The notes beneath the pieces are model-generated. The model did no database searches. It saw nothing but the letters and a program-made list of their open reading frames with translations, and was not told the DNA's origin. Positions 26,581 through 40,400 of a DNA stretch of 64,000 bases are shown in pieces (the stretch's first letter is position 1; each line of letters starts with the position of its first letter). Source of the DNA: Raillietiella orientalis. Lineage: Eukaryota. The stretch is taken from NCBI GenBank assembly GCA_036172245.1, contig JAYWIR010000004.1:2666001-2730000 (forward strand). The letters are read 5' to 3'. Made by a program: the position numbers and the translations under genes.

Positions 26581-29500
26581 CTTTTTTTTTTTTTTCTGTA
26601 CTTTCTTCATCAATAACTTCACCGTTCCTGCACCGTTCATTCCACGTCACTTTCACTTTCACAGTTGTGCATCCTTTGAAGTTTGGGTTCAGGGTGGGTG
26701 GAGGATTGTTTCTTTTGCCTGGACTCGATGGTCAATCTTTCTCAGGATGTAGCGAAACATCGAGGCGGGGACCTTTCCGCAGTTCCTGATCCCTATCTCT
26801 TTCTGCACGAGTCCTTTCAAGATTTTCTCTTTGGGATGTGTGCATCTTCGCCCTTCTTATCACAATTACTGTCATGAAAGGGCAAGCGTGGTTCGAACCA
26901 TCGGGTTGTACAGGGGGACGTTTCCGTTCCCTTGAAACAAACGCGTGAGAACCTCCATCTTTTTACTTCTCTGCAGGATGGTCACCGCCTTCATCGCCTG
27001 CCAGCTAGGACGAAGCGTGGGACAGGTGAACACGTGGAGCTGCGGTTCTTCGGCTCCACACGCCTTGCAGAGTCCACCTTGCATGTTCTCAATCCAATGT
27101 CGAAGTATGGAGCCACTCAGGATTCCTCCGTGAGAGAACAATAGGAGGTCATCTAGAGTGTCCGGAGGAAAGTCACTCCTCCAGAGTGCAGCCCCGACCG
27201 CCTGCACGTTTGCGTGCGCAAGTCTGTAGCGACTCGAGGCCGCATCGAGATACGAGCGCACCAAGCTGTTTCCAAGGCTCCCGCGTTCTGCAACTGAATC
27301 TTCCTTTCATTTCCGTGCTGAAGCGCTATAGTCGCGCATGGTGGCGATTCCCACTGGTGGCGAACTGTTCGCAATGTGCCATTTTCAGCCTTTGACCCTG
27401 GTGTAACCAAGTAAAAGTTTCCCTTGGAACAGGGATAAAGTGGGGTATCACCAAGGCTAGTTCTTCTTCCCAAATCTCTCTGCTTCTAGACAAAATCTTG
27501 AATTGATGAAGTCTCACCAGCGCCTGTTTCCTTTTCCAGGTGGGATCGATGTTCACCCACTCTCCAGTGACCCTCCAGTGTCGCCACTCCTATGAGGGCA
27601 GACATCGGACCTCTCGAGTTGTTCAGCAACTTCGAGTAGGCTCTGTGTGACGCAAAAGGCCAGTCGTTCCATTTCTCGGTGAGTTGCAGAAGCTGCCGTG
27701 AGTCCATGGTCTGCACGGAGTGTTCTAACGGCAAAATTCCTGCCCCACGTTCCCCTCGAGAGCGACACGAAAATTTGATCCTAACTCTCGGCTTGAATTC
27801 TTTCCATAAGATTTTCCTCTGGATTTTTTCCATTTCTCCACGGGTCAACTGTTCAGAAGGCGGTTCCATAGACCACCTTAAGAAGTAACTCCATTCCATA
27901 AGGTGGCCCTCCGCTTCATGTTGAAGTCGATGGTATACTTGTTTGCCTCTTAGGAATTGTCCTTAAGATTTCTTTTCGCACCTTTCGCGACGCGGAGGCG
28001 TTGCCAAGCTGGATACCAGGTACTTTACTTCTTCTGTCACTCGAAATCATTCCTCCGTTAACGTGGAGAGATCCAGGATTCCGATAGGCACCAGGTAACT
28101 TTCCGGAGCATTAATTTTCAGGCCCAATCCCTGTTTCATTCGTTCGACTACACCTAGGAACGCACGTTGCTTCCTTTCGTCCTTCAGGAAGAACAAGAGA
28201 TCTGCGTGTATCAAGTGAGTCAGTCTTTGGTCGTCGATGCAGATTCCTTGGAGGCGGCTGCCTCTTTCAACGAGCATCGACACAGCTTCCATGTATAGTG
28301 CGAACAACATCGGACTGAGAGCGTCTCCTTGACGAAATACCCTCTCCATACGAATTGCTGCCGTCTCTATACCATTGATTGAGATTTTCACTACTTCCTC
28401 AAGTATCTTCTCCACATATTGATTGAAGTATCCTGGGAAGCCCAGTTTCCGCAAGATCTTCAAGAGCATCTTGAAGTGTCGAAGTCCACGGTGTCGAATG
28501 CTTTCTCCATATCGGTGAAACCCAGCACCAGGTTTTCGTCGATGCATAGGCAGTACCCGATGGTAGCCTGGGCACACTTCACATTCGCGGACATGCAGTG
28601 CCCAGGCATCGCGCATGTCTGCGTCGGAGAAACGATCGTTGGCAAAATCTTGCTTAAGCGGTTTGCCCAAATTTTCGCCAACCACTTGGCATCCGTGTTC
28701 AGGATGGAGATGGCGCCATTGGGTGACCTTCGGCAGGTCTCCTCCTTTTGGCAGCATCCTCATCCTACCCTCGTGAAAAGATACAGGGAATCTTTGTTCT
28801 TGATGGCCAGTGTGACTTCATGGAACAGACGCAGGTAGACGTGCTGCTAGTAGAGCTGGTAATATTATCGGGCCCTGCCGCGACGTTCTTCCGTAGTCCC
28901 GCGAACGCGTTTTTTACTTCCTCTTTGGAGATTTCTTATTCAAGTATTTGCTGTTGCTCCGTGCTAAGTCTCCTTTGAAGAAGGCGCAGCACGTTCTCCT
29001 GTTCTCTCGGACACAGTTCTTGACGTCGGAAGTGCGAGGTGTAGTGGTGGTTGAAAGCCCCCGCGATTCCTTCCGACGTGTGATAAACTCGGTCCTCGTA
29101 CTGGATGCAGAAGACATCGATAACGATGTTCCTTTTTTCCAGCACACCAACTTCCCCTTTTAAGCTTTTGAAGGCGTACTGTTTCTCGTACTGCTCCCAA
29201 TGCGAGGAGGAGCGATCTTGGATATTTAGCTCCCGGTACGCTGCTAACCTCATCTTCCTGCCGCCGAACTGCAGGCTGCTGAACACATGGATGGTGCTCT
29301 TCAGCCTGTCCCAGTCGACAACTCTGTGGATGGAGTCATCCCGCAGAATCGCCTCCATGAGCTTCTCCATCAGACCTAAAAACGTAGTTATGCCCACGTC
29401 CAGAGGTCGCTCTCCCGGTTTTAGGGACTGACTCCGTTCTTGAACCCGCTACGAGGCACGTCTGCCTCCTTGCTAGCAGTCGTCGGCAGCCTGAAAACAC

Positions 29501-30330
29501 ACGCCATCACTTCTACTCCCGCAGCTCCCTCTTCTGTTGCGTTTTCTCTCCTCAGGGGCCGCCCCCTATGAGATTGGTATCATCGCTGCGGTATGAGGGG
29601 CTTCCTCTGTGCTCGCCTCCTCTGCACTCCTGCTCCTTCCTGAGTGCTGAATTCCAAGTGAAGACCACCATCATCTTCTTTTCCGGTCACTGCCATTGCC
29701 ATCATCACTGTCCATGTTCTCGGCTGCCGTAGCCGTCCTGACTTGGAATGTCTCACCATGCGCATCTGTGGTTGCTTCAGGCAATTTCCTCCCGTTCTTT
29801 TCCCATCTGGAGAGCGAACGTTTGATCTCCTCCCAGACAGGTCCTTCCTCAGAAGAGATTTTGTGACCTGGCGAGGCCAGAGGGTCCAACCACGATAAGG
29901 ATTGTCGAGTGGGTTTTCAAGGATGAGCTCCGCCTTTTCCTGGAGAGTGAGCCATTCGGCTCGAAAACTATCCGGGACAAAAATTCCAAAGCACTGCGAA
30001 AGGACAGGATCAAGATGAAGTAGAGGCTGGTGAAATGAGCTTCCAGCTGCCAGCTATCCGACTGTTTCAGCAAACGAGACGGCAGGGGGAGAGAACGGAC
30101 CGGCTCAGCACCCGGAATGAAGCGGTAGCAAGCGGAGAAATGATAGCAGCACAGTCGCCTCTCGTCCGGAGCGGGAAGGGACGGAAGAGTTTTTCGCATG
30201 TGAACCTCTGCGCTAGGCCGCTCCTGGCCGCGTAGAGGATCAATTCCCAACATGGCCGTTGGTGGACTTCTAGGAAGCGTGTCGGGGAGAAAGGGAGGGA
30301 TAGAGGGGAGGAAGGGGGGCCAGGAAGCAA
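26581..30330 (-). mobile_element. L1-Tx1 clade LINE, frameshifted (ORF1 remnant, linker, RT, C-terminal CCHC, poly-A)
   Basis: Motifs seen: DWDRLKSTI; LPKGGDLPKVTQWR; AKIWANRLSKILPTIVSPTQTCAMPG; DMEKAFDTVD; RQGDALSPMLFALYME; HADL; KILWKEFKPRV...GAGIL; CKACGAEEPQLHVFTC. A poly-T on + at ~26582-26595 corresponds to the tail. Confidence 0.93.
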
Positions 30331-30599
30331 GTTGTTTCTCATGAGGCTGTGCTACAACGGTAGTTGCATGATGCTGCCCGCTGCTGAAGACGAAACATTC
30401 GAAAGTTCCGAGCCCTCTCGTTATGGCTTGAAACGCAACGCGAGCAGCATTGCAGACTTTGCAGGCCTCTGATTGACTGTTGCATCAGATAACGAGTGGA
30501 GAAGTCTGGAATGTGACTGATGGAGGCGGATCGATAAGACGGACGCTCCCAAAACATGCTCCAAGACTGCAGTGCACCCCTAGCATTCTGGGAGAGCAC

Positions 30600-31775
30600 G
30601 CTAGGATTCACAAACATTGGCACCCTAGGTGAAATGTTGGGGACCTGCAGGCAGCACGTGGGCATCTGCGTATGTGTTTGGACGTGACCCTAGGGAAGCT
30701 CTCACAGCTGGACTTGCTGGTCATGTCGTTGGCAACAAACGACGTTGTATTCTTGTTCATCGGGGCACGCTGATCTGTCAACCGGTGGCTGAACAATGGT
30801 GGTGGAACCGAAGGAAAGAGCAGAGATGAAGGCGCGACATCTTCAGATCCAAAAAAGCAAACCCAAATGTGGATGATGTGATCGAAACATGGTGATCGTA
30901 AATATTGTGGTGGGGTACTGATTCCCAGGATTCCCTGCTCACAAGAAAAGAAGATGCACTGAATCCGTGTCGCGTGGTTCCGCTGCTGAGGTTCACTCCC
31001 AAACGGAGACACGAATCCCAGCCAGACTACGAGGGTATCCAGGAAAGAAACGTCCAAAAACGCGCTGAGTTATTTGTAGGAGCAAACAAGACACCTGCCT
31101 CCAAGAGGAAGGACCAACACCGTGCAAAGGGCAACTGGCTGCGGACATGGTGCGCTCGTATCATGCTGTGCGTCCTCATTAACGGTGAAGGGAAACGACG
31201 GCTCCCCCCGTTTAACCCCGGAGCAGAGCCGCCACGTGCAAACACGTAAAACAGAGGAAACACCGACTCCGTCTGCTGGGCGAGCAGCTTGCTGCCGCCT
31301 CTGGAAATGTACTAGGGAACAAAGAATTGTGAAATTGCCGTTCTTGTTGAACGATTCTGCGAGGAATCAAAGAGCAAGGGTGCAATGTGCCAAAGGAACT
31401 GGGTGAAGAGCAAATTAAAGGTGGGCGTTTTACTTGGCAGCCGATGGAAAGATTGAGGATGTTTTCCAGAATTCTCGACATCGCATCTCAGCAGAGCATT
31501 GGAGCACGATATATGAAGACTTATGCCGCCTATTGTTTGTGGAAAGTACCTCCGGCAACGCTCTTTCTTAGCATTTGGGATGATTTCGCTGTTGCAATCA
31601 TATGGTCGGCGAGCTGGAACCTGCATGGCCCACCGTACTGTCAGCGAAATCCAAGAGAATTCCGACAGAAGTTCAAGCTGCTCCAGGGATCCGACAAGGT
31701 TAATGATGTATACAAAGGAGGCCTTTGGCAGCAAGAAAAATACCAGAGAAGATAAAAAATATATATATATCCTTT
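30600..31775 (+). mobile_element. Decayed 3' portion of a LINE ORF2
   Basis: GVLIPRI, RVVPLLRFTPKRRHESQPD, IVKLPFLL..., VPPATLF...IIWSASWN resemble the L1/Tx1 C-terminal region. Confidence 0.4.
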
Positions 31776-31849
31776 GACGAGGCAGGGGCTGACTTTGCCT
31801 AGTTTTACAGGAGCTCACCTTTCAAGGGTAATTATCGTTCGTGTTCTCC

Positions 31850-32600
31850 GGGAAGAGGTAGATGATGCGTCTATAGGAAAGCCTCTCTTATGCGCTTAAG
31901 TGCATTGACTGTCACGTGGACACCACGTGTTCACCTGATTGCTTCCAAATACGTTACGATGAGGCATCCCATGGAGGCGGGAGCTTGAACAACTCCCCGC
32001 TTGTGGTCGTCCGCATATCTGAAGCTGCTGGAGGGGCTTTGCTTGGAACCTCAAAGGAAGAAATGTTTACAATGAATCTAAGGCAAGGTCAAGAAATTGG
32101 ATTATCCATCCATGGCTTTGCACGCCCTGATTCCTTTGCAGAGCCCGATGGCCGTCACTCCGAATGCAGCAGCACGGAGGCTCTGTTCCCACTCTGAGCT
32201 TGCTCGATTCCACCAATCGATCATGTCTCTCTCGCGCTGACAATACGAGGTGCGATGGGGATGCATCTTTGAGGATGTAGATTTCAGCAGTGTGCTCATC
32301 AAGAAAACTGCCTTGCTGAGTTCCGACGCAGAAGCAAGTTTCTCTCAGTACGACCAAGGCAGATCTTTGCTTGCTTCCACGTTACAGCTGCCCATCCTGG
32401 ATATCTCTTCCAAAGAGCTACAGCTCCTGTTTACGTCGTCTATTCATTTCCGGACTGGCTTTCTCTTGGTCATCCTCCGAGAGAGAGAAGTTCAGAGAGA
32501 AGAATTCACAGCAGTTTTCCGGCTTGAATTGGCAACACTGCATCATCGGCAGTGCAACATCATGCATCTCATTGGACGAGTTGATTTTATTTTTATTTTT
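31850..32600 (-). mobile_element. Decayed LINE ORF2 linker relic
   Basis: Minus-strand SLNFSLSEDD (cf. 'WKLN.SLL.D') and KAMDG (cf. 'K.PG.DG'). Confidence 0.3.
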
Positions 32601-32899
32601 TTTCCATTTTCCTATTCAAACTGCCCATGTATGCTCACGGCGGGGTTAATGCTCGGTACAGTACAAAGATAAAAGCTCGAGCGGTATCTACCCACGATCT
32701 GATCTACCCGTCTATCTTCATATTCTGCCCTTCTCATCGATGTGCCTTTGCAGAATCCATCTGCCTACCTGCCATCCATCCATTAATCACCTATTAATAG
32801 ATGGGCCGATGAACACTGGATATTCACCATCTATGCACTATCCATCTGCTAGCTACGTGTCTGTCCATCCATGTAGCGTGGACTCTGCAGAAGAGTCCA

Positions 32900-35100
32900 G
32901 AATCTTTCGTATCCCTGTGGCTGGGCTTGCGCCACCTCTTCAGAGCCAGCAATCTTCCCTCTTCCGAAGGATTGTCTGCGGAGCCCCTCCTGCGCCAGGC
33001 CTGCCTCAACGTGAAGGAGCGACGGAGTAACACTCCCGAGCCTTCCCCAGGTGTCTCCCAGGAACCACTGCCGTCCTCACCTTCCGGTCGCAGCCGCGTG
33101 ATGCCCGCTAAGTCACGTGGGTGCTGCACTCCTCCCCGAGTAGCTCCTTGATCTCTTCCCAGGTGTGCCCCGCCGGCGCGATCCACAGCGGTCGAAGGGT
33201 CGTGTCTCGGAAAGGGTGGAAGACCCGGGAGTCTCCGACGTACCGCGAGCGGGGGAGTCCCATTCGAGGCATCCCTGGGAGCACCTGCAGGATAGGGAAA
33301 CCCCTGCGACCGCTCCCTCAGATAGGAGGGCTCAGGATGGGGACGTCTTCGCGCCGAGAGATAGGACGGTAAGGAAAAGGCAAAACGACTCCAGAAGGCA
33401 TGCCCCGGTGACCAGGAGTCGCTTCTCCTACGAGGGCAGCGACTCCCGACCTCAGTGACCAGGAGCCTGACACCGGCGACGTCCTGTTTGCTCCCCAGAG
33501 ACCGAGAATCCCTTTCCAACCCTGCCTGAGGGCTGGAAAGGCGGCAAACAGCCCCCCCGGGTCTGACTCCAGGCTTCTAGAGATCCCGTAGTCTGGCACG
33601 CCCCCTTCGTCTCACAGAACTGAGAAGGGTCGCACCATCTCCATCGAGAGGGGAGCGATCAGCCAAAAGACCAGCGGGAGGAGGAAAAAGGATAGCTGCG
33701 CTTCCTCCTGGTAGGTCTCGCTCTCGACCACCCGGTTCACGTAGCATCTAGGGGGAGACCTTTTGGTCCGGGAGAGAGGAATCTCTCGGTCCCTCCCACA
33801 CCCCTTCCCTCCTTCCTCCTCTGCAACGCCGCCTGGCCTGGAGAACGAACGTGTCAGCGACAACCCTCGCTGCACTAAGAGGGACACTCCACGTCTTCCA
33901 GAGGGGGGAGAAAGGGGGAAGCACTGCTCTGGGATCGTCAAGGAAGAGGTCTCTGCCTCCAGCTTTGACTGCAGGGATCAGTCGCTCACCTGGGATGGGG
34001 GACGGAGCTCGCCGGAGGAAGGCGCTCTGGCTCCCCTCCTGCATCTCAGCTCGCTTGATTCTTCCCCCTCCCCTTCTTTCGCAGACGAAAGGGGGTTCTC
34101 CCTTCCCTCGAAGGACTTCCGAAGAGGAAGGAGGATGGAGGAGATGGGGGACAGAACGGGTCGGTACCGTCTCGTTGCGAAGAGCAACAGATGGGGTCAC
34201 TGCTGCGGTTTCCTGCGAGATTGTTGGCGTAGCCCCCACCCCCACCCCGAGAGGTGGCTAGCGGGACGGGCATGGGACGGACCCCATCTCGTCGTAGGTC
34301 TGCATTCTTTTCAGTGCGAATCCCGCGAGCGCAAACGCGACCTCCAAGTTCCCTTACCCCTTAAATCTCAAGGATGGCAACCCCCACCTTAGGCGTGGAC
34401 GGTGAGGAGGCGTGCGCGCGGACTTCGTGTGAGTGCCGCGAGGGAGAACGTGGCGACACTTTCAGATCCAGATGCCCCTCGGCGTTGAAGGAATGCAAGG
34501 AAAGCAGGGTGATGGCAGACAGGAAGCCCAGGTCGCGCAACTTGGGCTTCCCATTCCCCTCCTCCGTAGAAGCGTTGTCCTGGTTACCCGGCGGCTGCGG
34601 TCCATCCGCTAGTCCAGGGAGAGCTGCATCGTACCTTGAATTTGCGGGCCTTGTGTGAAGGAGGAAGACCCAGGGCGGGACTTCTATCCCTGCCCCTGCT
34701 CGCTCCACGACCCGGAAACCAGAACCCAGCGAACAGCATCTACGTCGCCTTCCCCAAGGGGAGGGCCAAGGAAGGGAAAGAGAGGAAGGGAACAGGAAAA
34801 ACGCGCGCGACCTCGACCGCCTCGGGGGGGAGAGCGTACGTGTCGCTCGCCTTTCCTGGCTGACCCTGATGGCTAGAGGGAATTCCGAGTATTTCGGGAT
34901 TCCGCTTCCGGCTGGGAGGTGCCACTGGGAAGGGGCGGGGTCTGCTTCCTCCTTCCCCCGCGGAGAGGGCGGAACCAGCGGGAACCCTGCTTGGAGTGAC
35001 ACAGCGGGAAGAGGCTGCCTCTTCAGCCCGAGGAAAAACAGCCGGGTCAGGGCGAGCGGATGCACCTGATGATGATGCTAACGGGGAAGAGAGAGTATGC
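32900..35100 (-). mobile_element. Decayed Tx1-type LINE, apurinic-endonuclease region with upstream ORF1 remnant
   Basis: SGRRGVSLLVQRGLSLTRSFSRPGG (APE 'GVAIL...D..GR') and GLFAAFPALRQGWKG (cf. 'L.DAFR.LHP....FTW'). Confidence 0.55.
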
Positions 35101-35899
35101 TCGCCTGGGGCGGCGCATTCCAGGGAACATTCGGGGGTCTGCCATGTTTTTTTTTTTTTTTTATTTACTTATTTGTTTTTTTTTTTCTTTTGGCGACAAA
35201 GGAAAACAAAAGAAACCGACAGAAGTCTCGAGCAGCTTTCAAGGTGACAGCGATGGGCACCCGTACGGTGCGCCTCGGGTGCTCCCGCGGGCGCGTTTGC
35301 TCCGTCACGTCAAGGGCGCGCGCTTCTCTAGGAGCTTCTCAGGTTCGTCGCGAGATGGCAACGCGAGCCGCTCCTCACTCGCGGAGCGTCAATCGACCGC
35401 CGCTCTCCCCTCCCCCCCCCCATCAGCAAAGCAGGGAAAAGCAGGAAGGGAGAGGGACGACCATACCTCCTCTCCCTCCTCCCGGGAATCTCCTGAGAAG
35501 AAAAGGAATCGCAGGAAGGAAGATCCGGAGCGACTACGAGAAACCACCCTAGAGAGCCCAAACCACCGCCCTCGGGCACGCGAGAGCGAGAAACCGGAGG
35601 GAAACCCTCCGTTACGTGAGGCATCCTTCTGCCCTCGTCATCGCCGGTCGCCTCGACCCCCGATCTCTCAGAGGAGGCCGGCCATCTCTCCCCCCCCCCC
35701 CACACACACATTCCCATCACCTCCAATCCGGAATTTTTCCTTTATCCTCCATCCTGCTGCCCAAAACTCGCCGCACTCGTCTCCTGGAGCCTCATTAGAG
35801 TCAGGAGAGCATTCTTCCCCGATCCCGTCGCCAAGGGATCTTCACCCCAGGGCGAGCCGCCGCGCGGCGCCATTTCCCCGGACACTGGAGGAGGGAAGG

Positions 35900-37400
35900 G
35901 GGGGGGGGGTGAAAGCGTCCCAATCGTCACCTCAAGACACCCTCCTTTTTGGAGGCGTGCCGGGGGATCTTGCCTAGGGTGCCGCCGCCCAGTCTCGCCT
36001 GCTTCTCATAAGGTGCAGTGACGGCCTCCTCCCATGGGTGGCGGACGACCACCACTGAACAGACCAGCTGACGGGGCAGCGGGGCGTCCCGCCCCCAACC
36101 CCTTCACTGCCATTCGACTGATGCGGGAGACATGCAACCACCCAACCCTCCTTCGCAGTCGGGAAGCTGCCGAGGATGGGAGGAGGAGGAGCGACAGCTG
36201 GCGAGGACTTGCGGACGCAGGAACCACTTCCGCCGCCATCTCCCCTTCCTCCTCCTCCACGAGATACGCATCCTGGCTGACGACTCCAGAAAAGGAGGAA
36301 GGCGTAGGGGCAGGGTCCAGGTGCCTCCGTCCACTCACGCCTCCTTTCCATGAGGGCGAAGCCTCTTCCCGAGAACCTTGCACGCGGGCAATATTGCTGC
36401 TGCTGAACTTAAGGAAGGCACGATTATTGCTAGTTGAAAACTTCCGGCCTCATCCAGACGGAAGGAACAAGTGCCAGGGATTTCCGGGAGGGTCGCCGCA
36501 AGGTGGCGCCACTGGCGTCTCCTCTCCTCCCGGGAGACCCAACGGCGAGGTCTGCGTGGGTCCGTGACGTGGGTGCAGCATGACGTCGGTCCCGCCCTCG
36601 TTGCTTTCCCCTAAAAGAAACCGAGCGAGCTCGCAGCGGCGGGACTCCTCCCGGCTCGGAAAAGGCGCCGGCCCCCTGCCCTCTCTCTCGACCCTTCTTT
36701 CCCCTCTCTCTCCCTCGACCTCTGACACCACCGACCGCCGGCACTTCTAGTCCTTCCACCCCAGGGGTGGAAGCCCGATCGGAGAGGCAGGGTCGCCTGG
36801 GAGCGGCCGCGAAAAGCATGGATCCCCCTGTCTCGTGGGTCCTGACTGGCGGGGCTCACCACCGATCCCTTTCCCGAGGACGCTCGGGAATCGGTCTTCC
36901 CGGTCCTCCTGCTCTCGACGTCACTGTCGTGGGAGTGCCCACGCGCGGCATCCTCCCATCCTGCTACTGCTGCTGGATCCGGGTCTGAAACAAGGGGAGG
37001 TTCGGCTGGGAGATCGCCGAGAGACGCGTAAAAGTTCCCCTGAGACGCAGGCCGCCCGCGGGTGGTTGTGTGGAGGCGTTGCCCCGGGCGAGGAGGTTGC
37101 GGGGTCAGCGCTTGGAGCGTTGCCAGGGAGAGGCGCCCCACCCGTCCAGCAGGCGGGTGGCTGCAGCCACCCGCCTGCTGGCCGCAGCCTCGGTTGCCAA
37201 CGGTTATGACGAGCGGCTCGAGGAGGGGGAGAATCGCTCAGCATCCCTGTGGACCGGGGAACGCGTCTCCGGATGCGAAGGAGAAGGAGGAAGAAGGAGA
37301 GGAAGGGAGCGGAGCGCGTCCGAATTCGGCGCGCATCGGTAAGCAGGCATGACGGACGCTGACGCACCCCGCCCGGAACGTGCGGCGACAGCCCCCCGCC
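35900..37400 (-). mobile_element. Possible GC-shifted Tx1 ORF1 relic
   Basis: SQGNFYASLGD (cf. ORF1 'SN.F..L.D'), NNRAFLKFSS and GLFSGGRPPPM (cf. 'G..SG.R...M'), in order on the minus strand. Confidence 0.3.
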
Positions 37401-40400
37401 CGGCGCGCTCGAGGCAATCCGTTGCCAGGGCGACGACACGGAAGACGGCGGCGAGAGCGGTTCCTTTGGGATGTCACGCTGGACGCGCTGGGACTCGCCG
37501 CTGCGCGCGCTCGCGCTTTTGCCCTCCCGGGATTCCCGGCAGGGAGGAGACGAGAGTGAAAGTCACGCGCTGCTGGCCCCTGGGACGCTCGAGCGCGGAG
37601 GAGGAAGCGGGGAGGGGCGGGGGCGGCGACCGGAGAGCAGAGCAGGTAGCGGCAGGGGTGCGGGGACCCCCGGTGCCGGCGACAGCAGCGAGGCGAATCG
37701 CGCCTCGGAGGGGGAAAGCGGCCTCTGGCTGCGCTGAGGCCGGCATCTCCGCGGTCACCCCTCGTCAGCCGCGGGGTACCGAGGAGCAGCAGGAAGCGGT
37801 CGGCCTCTGCGGTGCCCCCGCCGAGATGCGCTTCCAAGATCGTCCCGTCCCTCCCTATCCTCCCGGCATTCCTGGCTGGCTTCCTTCGCGAGTCGAGCCT
37901 GGAAGGCCGCCATGGAGATGGCGGGAACGTCGCCATCTCCGCAGGTTTGCCTTCGCTCCGCAGGGCGGCGCGAGGCTCGCCGTGGCCCCGCGATGCATGC
38001 GACGAGTCGTCACGAACCTCGCGCGAGGTCGCGGTGGGAGGAGGTACGAAAGGAGGAAGAGGGCTTGTTGGCCACCACCTGAGCAGCCCCCACCAGGTCG
38101 AAGGAGGGGAGTCATGGGTGACACTGCCAGCTGCTGCCACCCATGAGCCAACAGATCACTTCACGTTGGCGCGGAGGAGTCGCGGCGCCTCGGATGTCGA
38201 GGCAGGGAAAGAGCCGCGACTCTGGAGGGCGCAGCGCCCGATCCCCCGACGTCTACCTCCTGGTGGTGACCGCGGCTCCACGGTTTTTCTTGGGGCGCGC
38301 GCGCGCCGCAGCAGAAGCAGTGACGGCAGACCTCTCAGGAACGGCGAACCTGAAGGTCAAGTGCGGCATCAAAGGTCGACTCCCCCCCTCGCTCCTGCCA
38401 GAGCCGGCGGGAAGGATGGTGGGGAGGGGCACTTTGCTTCGCTTCCACACACCCACTCCCATCCCACGCCTGTCTGCCCCTCCTTGTGCAGTCGGCGTTT
38501 CCTCAGGCGTCTTCCCATGAGCCCAGCGAGAGAGCGCGCGCACGCACGAGGGGGTCCCCTTGGGACGTCGCAGAGTGGAGGAGGAAAGCGGGGATCACGT
38601 AGGCGAGTGGGCGAAAGGATGGGGGTACGCGGAGGAGGAGCGAGGACCTTCCTGCAAACCAGGAACCCAGCTGGATCGCAGCACCTTCTCCGCGCCCTCC
38701 CACCTTCTGGAAGTCGCCCCCGAAGAACCGTGGCGTCCAGAGGATCTCCAGAGCGCGCGGTCCCACGAAGAGAACGGGACGGTGGGTGGTGGTGGCCCCT
38801 GCTGCGGCGGCGGCGGGGGAGAGGGAGGCTCTCGTGGAAGGGGACGCCTCCGTCGTCCCCCCGCCCGGGCGCGCCCTTTCACGCTCCCCGTTGCCGTGGG
38901 AAACGGTCTCCTCGCCGGCGCGGAAGGGAGCAGGCGCGCCGACGACCTTCCGGTGCGAAAACGGCCTCCAGGGACAACACGGGATGACGAGAGGCCGCCG
39001 GCTCGGCGCTCCTCCCACCACTCCTTCCCAGGGGCTTTTCGCTTTGTCCGGGGCTCGCGGGAGCAGCGACAGACTCATGATTCCGTGGGCGACGGACGCG
39101 CGGATCCGCATCGGCAGGTGCGTGTAGCGCGTGGCAACGGCACGGAGGATCGCACTCGAAACCGGGAGGGGGGAAGGAGGGGAACAGAAGGAGAAGGGGG
39201 ATAGCGGAAGGCAGTTCCGGAATTCCCGACATTGACTGCCCCGGAGGCAGCAGTGACTCCCGCGACGAGGAGGAAGGGAAGAACTTGCCGTTCCTGCGGG
39301 GATGGCGCCGGTGAGTCCACCCTCTCACCAGGAGGGCGCGACAGGGGAGGGTATTCCAGGCAACGAGCGGGACTTCCGCAGCGGGAGAAGGCAAAGTGAC
39401 GAGCGAGAGAAGGATGTTGGGTGTGGCACAGAGGTGTCCTGGGGTCAACCCCCTTTGTCGGGGCTTGAGCTCCTCGATCCGGGAGGAATGGCGACGGCTC
39501 CCACAGGAGCGTCCCACGCCCCGGCACGGGTGTGCAGGAGGAGGTCTGGCTGGAACTTCCAGAGACTGCGAGTCCAAAGCGACGCCTTCGCGCAGCCTCG
39601 GATGGGGTCGCGTGGGCGGCGGTCCCGCCACGCTGCCTCCTCTGCGTGACTGCCTGACCGCAACGCCGACTGCTGCTAGCGGCTCCACTCTGACCACGAA
39701 ACTGTTGCTGATCCAACCGGCGCCATCCTCCTCCCCGCCTCGCGTTCTCTCCGCTGCGCTCTCCACGGGTTCCCGGAGGGCCGGCAGCGCCTGAGGGACA
39801 CCCCTGCGCCTGGCGGCCGACATCGTCGTCTGCAGACTGCCCCGGACCGGACCCTCCTGAAGCACCGCCTGTCTGGCGGCGACCCACGGGTGGGACAGGG
39901 AGGCGCAGCCGCCTCACCACTCCTGGACGCCTCCCTGCACCCACCCTGCGGCGCGGTCACCTGCGCCCGCAGCGGCGTTCGAGCAGGGCGGCCCGCGGAG
40001 GAGGAGGGGTCTCCAGACAGCAGTACAGAGGGTTGGTGCCGTCGCGATCAGGATGGGGAGCCGACCTCTGCGACCAGCTCTCTCCTCATCGCCGCAGGGA
40101 AGGGCTGAGAAAGGGGGCAGCTGTGGAAGCATCCCTCTCTCGCCCTCCTCCGGGTACCACTGGGAGGCAGGGAGTGGTCAGTCGGCATTGCCGCAGGACT
40201 CTCTATGGATGAGCTCTTTTCCTGGGAGGGGGTGGAGGGGGAGAGACCCGGATGGTCTCCCCTTCCCTTCTGCGACGAAGGACTCGGCAGCGCGGCTCCC
40301 AGTGGCTGCTGTCTCCCAGGAGACGACGACCCACGCCTCTTCAGACTCGGAAGGGGGGAGTCGAAACGTAAAGGGCCCGACCCTTTTCCTTCCGCGAAAG

